From: Pavona decussata
Lineage: Eukaryota
Assembly: GCA_977016875.1 (NCBI GenBank)
Contig: CDRNST010000369.1
Coordinates: 496,001 to 560,000, forward strand
Length of the DNA: 64,000 nucleotides
Reading direction: 5' to 3'
In this document: piece after piece, positions 61,737 through 64,000 of the stretch
Position numbering within the stretch: the stretch's first letter is position 1
How the letters are laid out: each line of letters starts with the position of its first letter
Position numbers and translations under genes: made by a program
The notes under the pieces: generated by a model
Told to the model about the DNA's origin: nothing
Seen by the model: the letters and a program-made list of their open reading frames with translations, nothing else
Database searches by the model: none

Positions 61737-63693
61737 TCATGTTGGACACTCCCAGTAGTGAACGATGCAATGCATGGTTTTGTTTACTCTTCTATCAAGA
61801 GTACCTTCGCAAGCACAGATGTACTTTCTCTTGCCGTTTGAAACAACGATGCTGTTGAGCGTAACAATTTTTGCATCATTTGTTCCACAGTTAACACCAA
61901 GGAATTTTTTGCCCTGCAACGCAAAAACACAAAAATGTATTACACACAGTTGAGGAGGTTCGTTGAGAACTGTTGTGATTGTTTTTTTGCAAGCGTGTTC
62001 AGGGTGAGCAAGTTTCTCATTGAAATTGTTCAGAAACTGTTAAAATAACAGGGAGACTTATACAGAGGCACCCACAAAAACATTTGAAACAAAATGCCGT
62101 AAAGATAATGTTGTCCCCCTGTTCCCAGATCGTTTTTTGTCTCCTTAAAGAAACATTTGTGTTTTTCTGTTCAGATGCTTTATCTGAAAATCTAAATTGC
62201 AGAAAGTTTTAGGAAATGGAACTTTATTCCCTGAATATTATTAGCTTACTTTTTTACGCATTTTAAGCGCCGACATATTTGCCCCTTCCGAACAAAGAAA
62301 TGCAATTAGTTTTCCAGTGTTAAGAACTTATTTTTGGCTGATCTTTTGCCGAAGAAACCTTTACATTTTATTTACTAATAAATCCGAATTTCTGAGACGA
62401 TTAAGGCCATCCTAACAGACTGATCCGCCGAAATGAACCGTTGCAAGGTTGCCCCTGAGACTTGTGAGTGAAGGAAAACTTTGTTAAACACTTCTCGAAA
62501 ACACAAGACTAAGCAAAAATTGTCAAATACAGACCTGCAAAGAAAACTTTCCTTGTGTGAAACGGCCAGACTTGGAGTTGATTTAAATAAACCATGCAAC
62601 ACCGAAGTTGCTTCAGTATTGAAGGGACTTGTTGTGTGTTCAAAATTATAATTCTGTTTTATTTCTCTCCTAAATCATTTCCCATTTCACCTTGAATGCT
62701 AATTCAGGGAGAAATAAACTTTAAGTCATTTTTAGTTCTAAGCAAAATGATCGACAAGGCGAGAACAGTCAGAATACATGACAAGGTAGCAAGTGCTTTT
62801 ACGATCTAAAGAGACCTAAAGACACAGCAAGATTGCTACGGCCATAGAATTTTTCTTAGCTCGGAAGAACTTCGAGAATTTGGTTACTCACGTTGTAAAT
62901 GGACAAGTGGAAAAATATTTCTTTGTTACCTCAATGACCATTCGAACGAGAAACGCTTTATCATGATTTTTGTTTCCTTGCTGTCCTAAGGTGTTAATGT
63001 TTGCCGAGGACTTACATTTGGTTCAGTAATTGTGACTTCTGTATAAGCAGAAGGACCTGAGCTGGACGAAGGGCTTTTTCCTTCTCTGTGAGAGCAGTTT
63101 GACAGTCCGCTAGACTTAGAATCACCAGGAGGGCCCTGGGTACCGTTATATCCACGAGGACCAGGTGGACCCGAAACGCCAGGAGAGCCCTGCGTACCAT
63201 TGTATCCAGGAGGTCCCCTGAGAATTTGTGTTTTGCTAATGTTGGTCATCTGAAATAAGATGCAGTGCTTTGTCAGTTTTACTAGACAAAAATAACCAAT
63301 AATCAACCAAGTGTTGTACCAGACTCATCGTCTGTCGATCTAACAAGGAAGGAACCACAGATTGTGTCCTTTGTAGGACCGCCTTAGGTGTAATTTCTAG
63401 TATCGATCTTAGTTCTCTGAAGTTTAGATGGGCGAGGAGCTGCCTTGCCGCCGTGAAAGCGTGATGTGACACAACGGCTTTTCCGTCTTGGTTCGTCTTC
63501 ACGGTAGCCGCTCATGCAAAAAATCCCTCTGGCACGCAAGTAAATTAGCTAGAAGAAAAATTACTGTAAACGATACGTTTTTACTCCACCATTCTTACCA
63601 ACATTTCTCTGAGAGATGTGATGTTATGTTCAAGGTCTTGTAAATTCTTCCAAAGTTGCGAGTAGCCAACACTGGGGGATGGGCTTTCAGCTC
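61737..63693 (-). CDS. Gene E (5'-partial; exon 1 lies beyond the window): collagen-like paralogue
   Basis: Exons 63693-63599 (..YSQLWKNLQDLEHNITSLREML|gtaag), 63249-63016 (MTNISKTQILR, 11 triplets, CSH..TEPN|gtaagt), 61913-61737 ([26 protein letters not shown]). Confidence 0.85.
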
Positions 63694-64000
63694 CTTTAAA
63701 AAGAAAATAAAATGCTTTGACAAGACTTCAATAAAATGTCTTGACAAAACTTCACTATAATCTTTAGAAGGGTGGCTAAACCAAATGACCGAAGAGGGCG
63801 TCAATTGGCTTATCAAGAAGGTATCTCAGTGACGTAATATGCGTTACCTCATTTACAAAGAGATATCGGCAAAATACGGTCAAGCTGTCGGCGTACCTGT
63901 CCTAACCCACCCCCACCCCCCTTCCCAATGGCCTAACTACATATAACATCAACAGTGTCAGCACAACGGAAGCCCACACACCAGACACTAGAAGCACAGT

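Noticed and set aside
5316-63693. Assigning gene symbols such as MARCO, MSR1, COLEC12, EDA, CTHRC1 or COL13A1
   Set aside because: Only the architecture is shared. The diagnostic SRCR, CTLD, TNF and CTHRC1 head sequences are not recognisable.

Overview
AT-rich, repeat-dense eukaryotic (animal) genomic scaffold with five N-gaps. The repeat landscape suggests an anthozoan cnidarian such as a stony coral, but this is inference only. The main content is a minus-strand tandem array of five spliced paralogues, labelled A-E here; E runs off the right edge. GT/AG sites and phases were read by eye and splice into open frames. Each gene encodes a type II membrane protein: a tyrosine-motif cytoplasmic tail, one TM helix, a coiled coil, a single-exon Gly-X-Y collagen stalk of very variable length carrying N-x-T/S sequons, and a conserved 6-Cys C-terminal domain ending HYW(E/V)CPT/EV that I cannot assign to a named family. 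The layout resembles class A scavenger receptors and collectins, but the head domain is different. Gene C looks like an unequal-crossover chimera of B and D. Introns and spacers hold a Penelope-like retroelement, hammerhead ribozymes, a MULE with a 10-bp TSD, DIRS-type remnants, many MITEs, and several repeats whose hairpins appear built to fold on one DNA strand only (tandem G.A pairs plus GNA loops).
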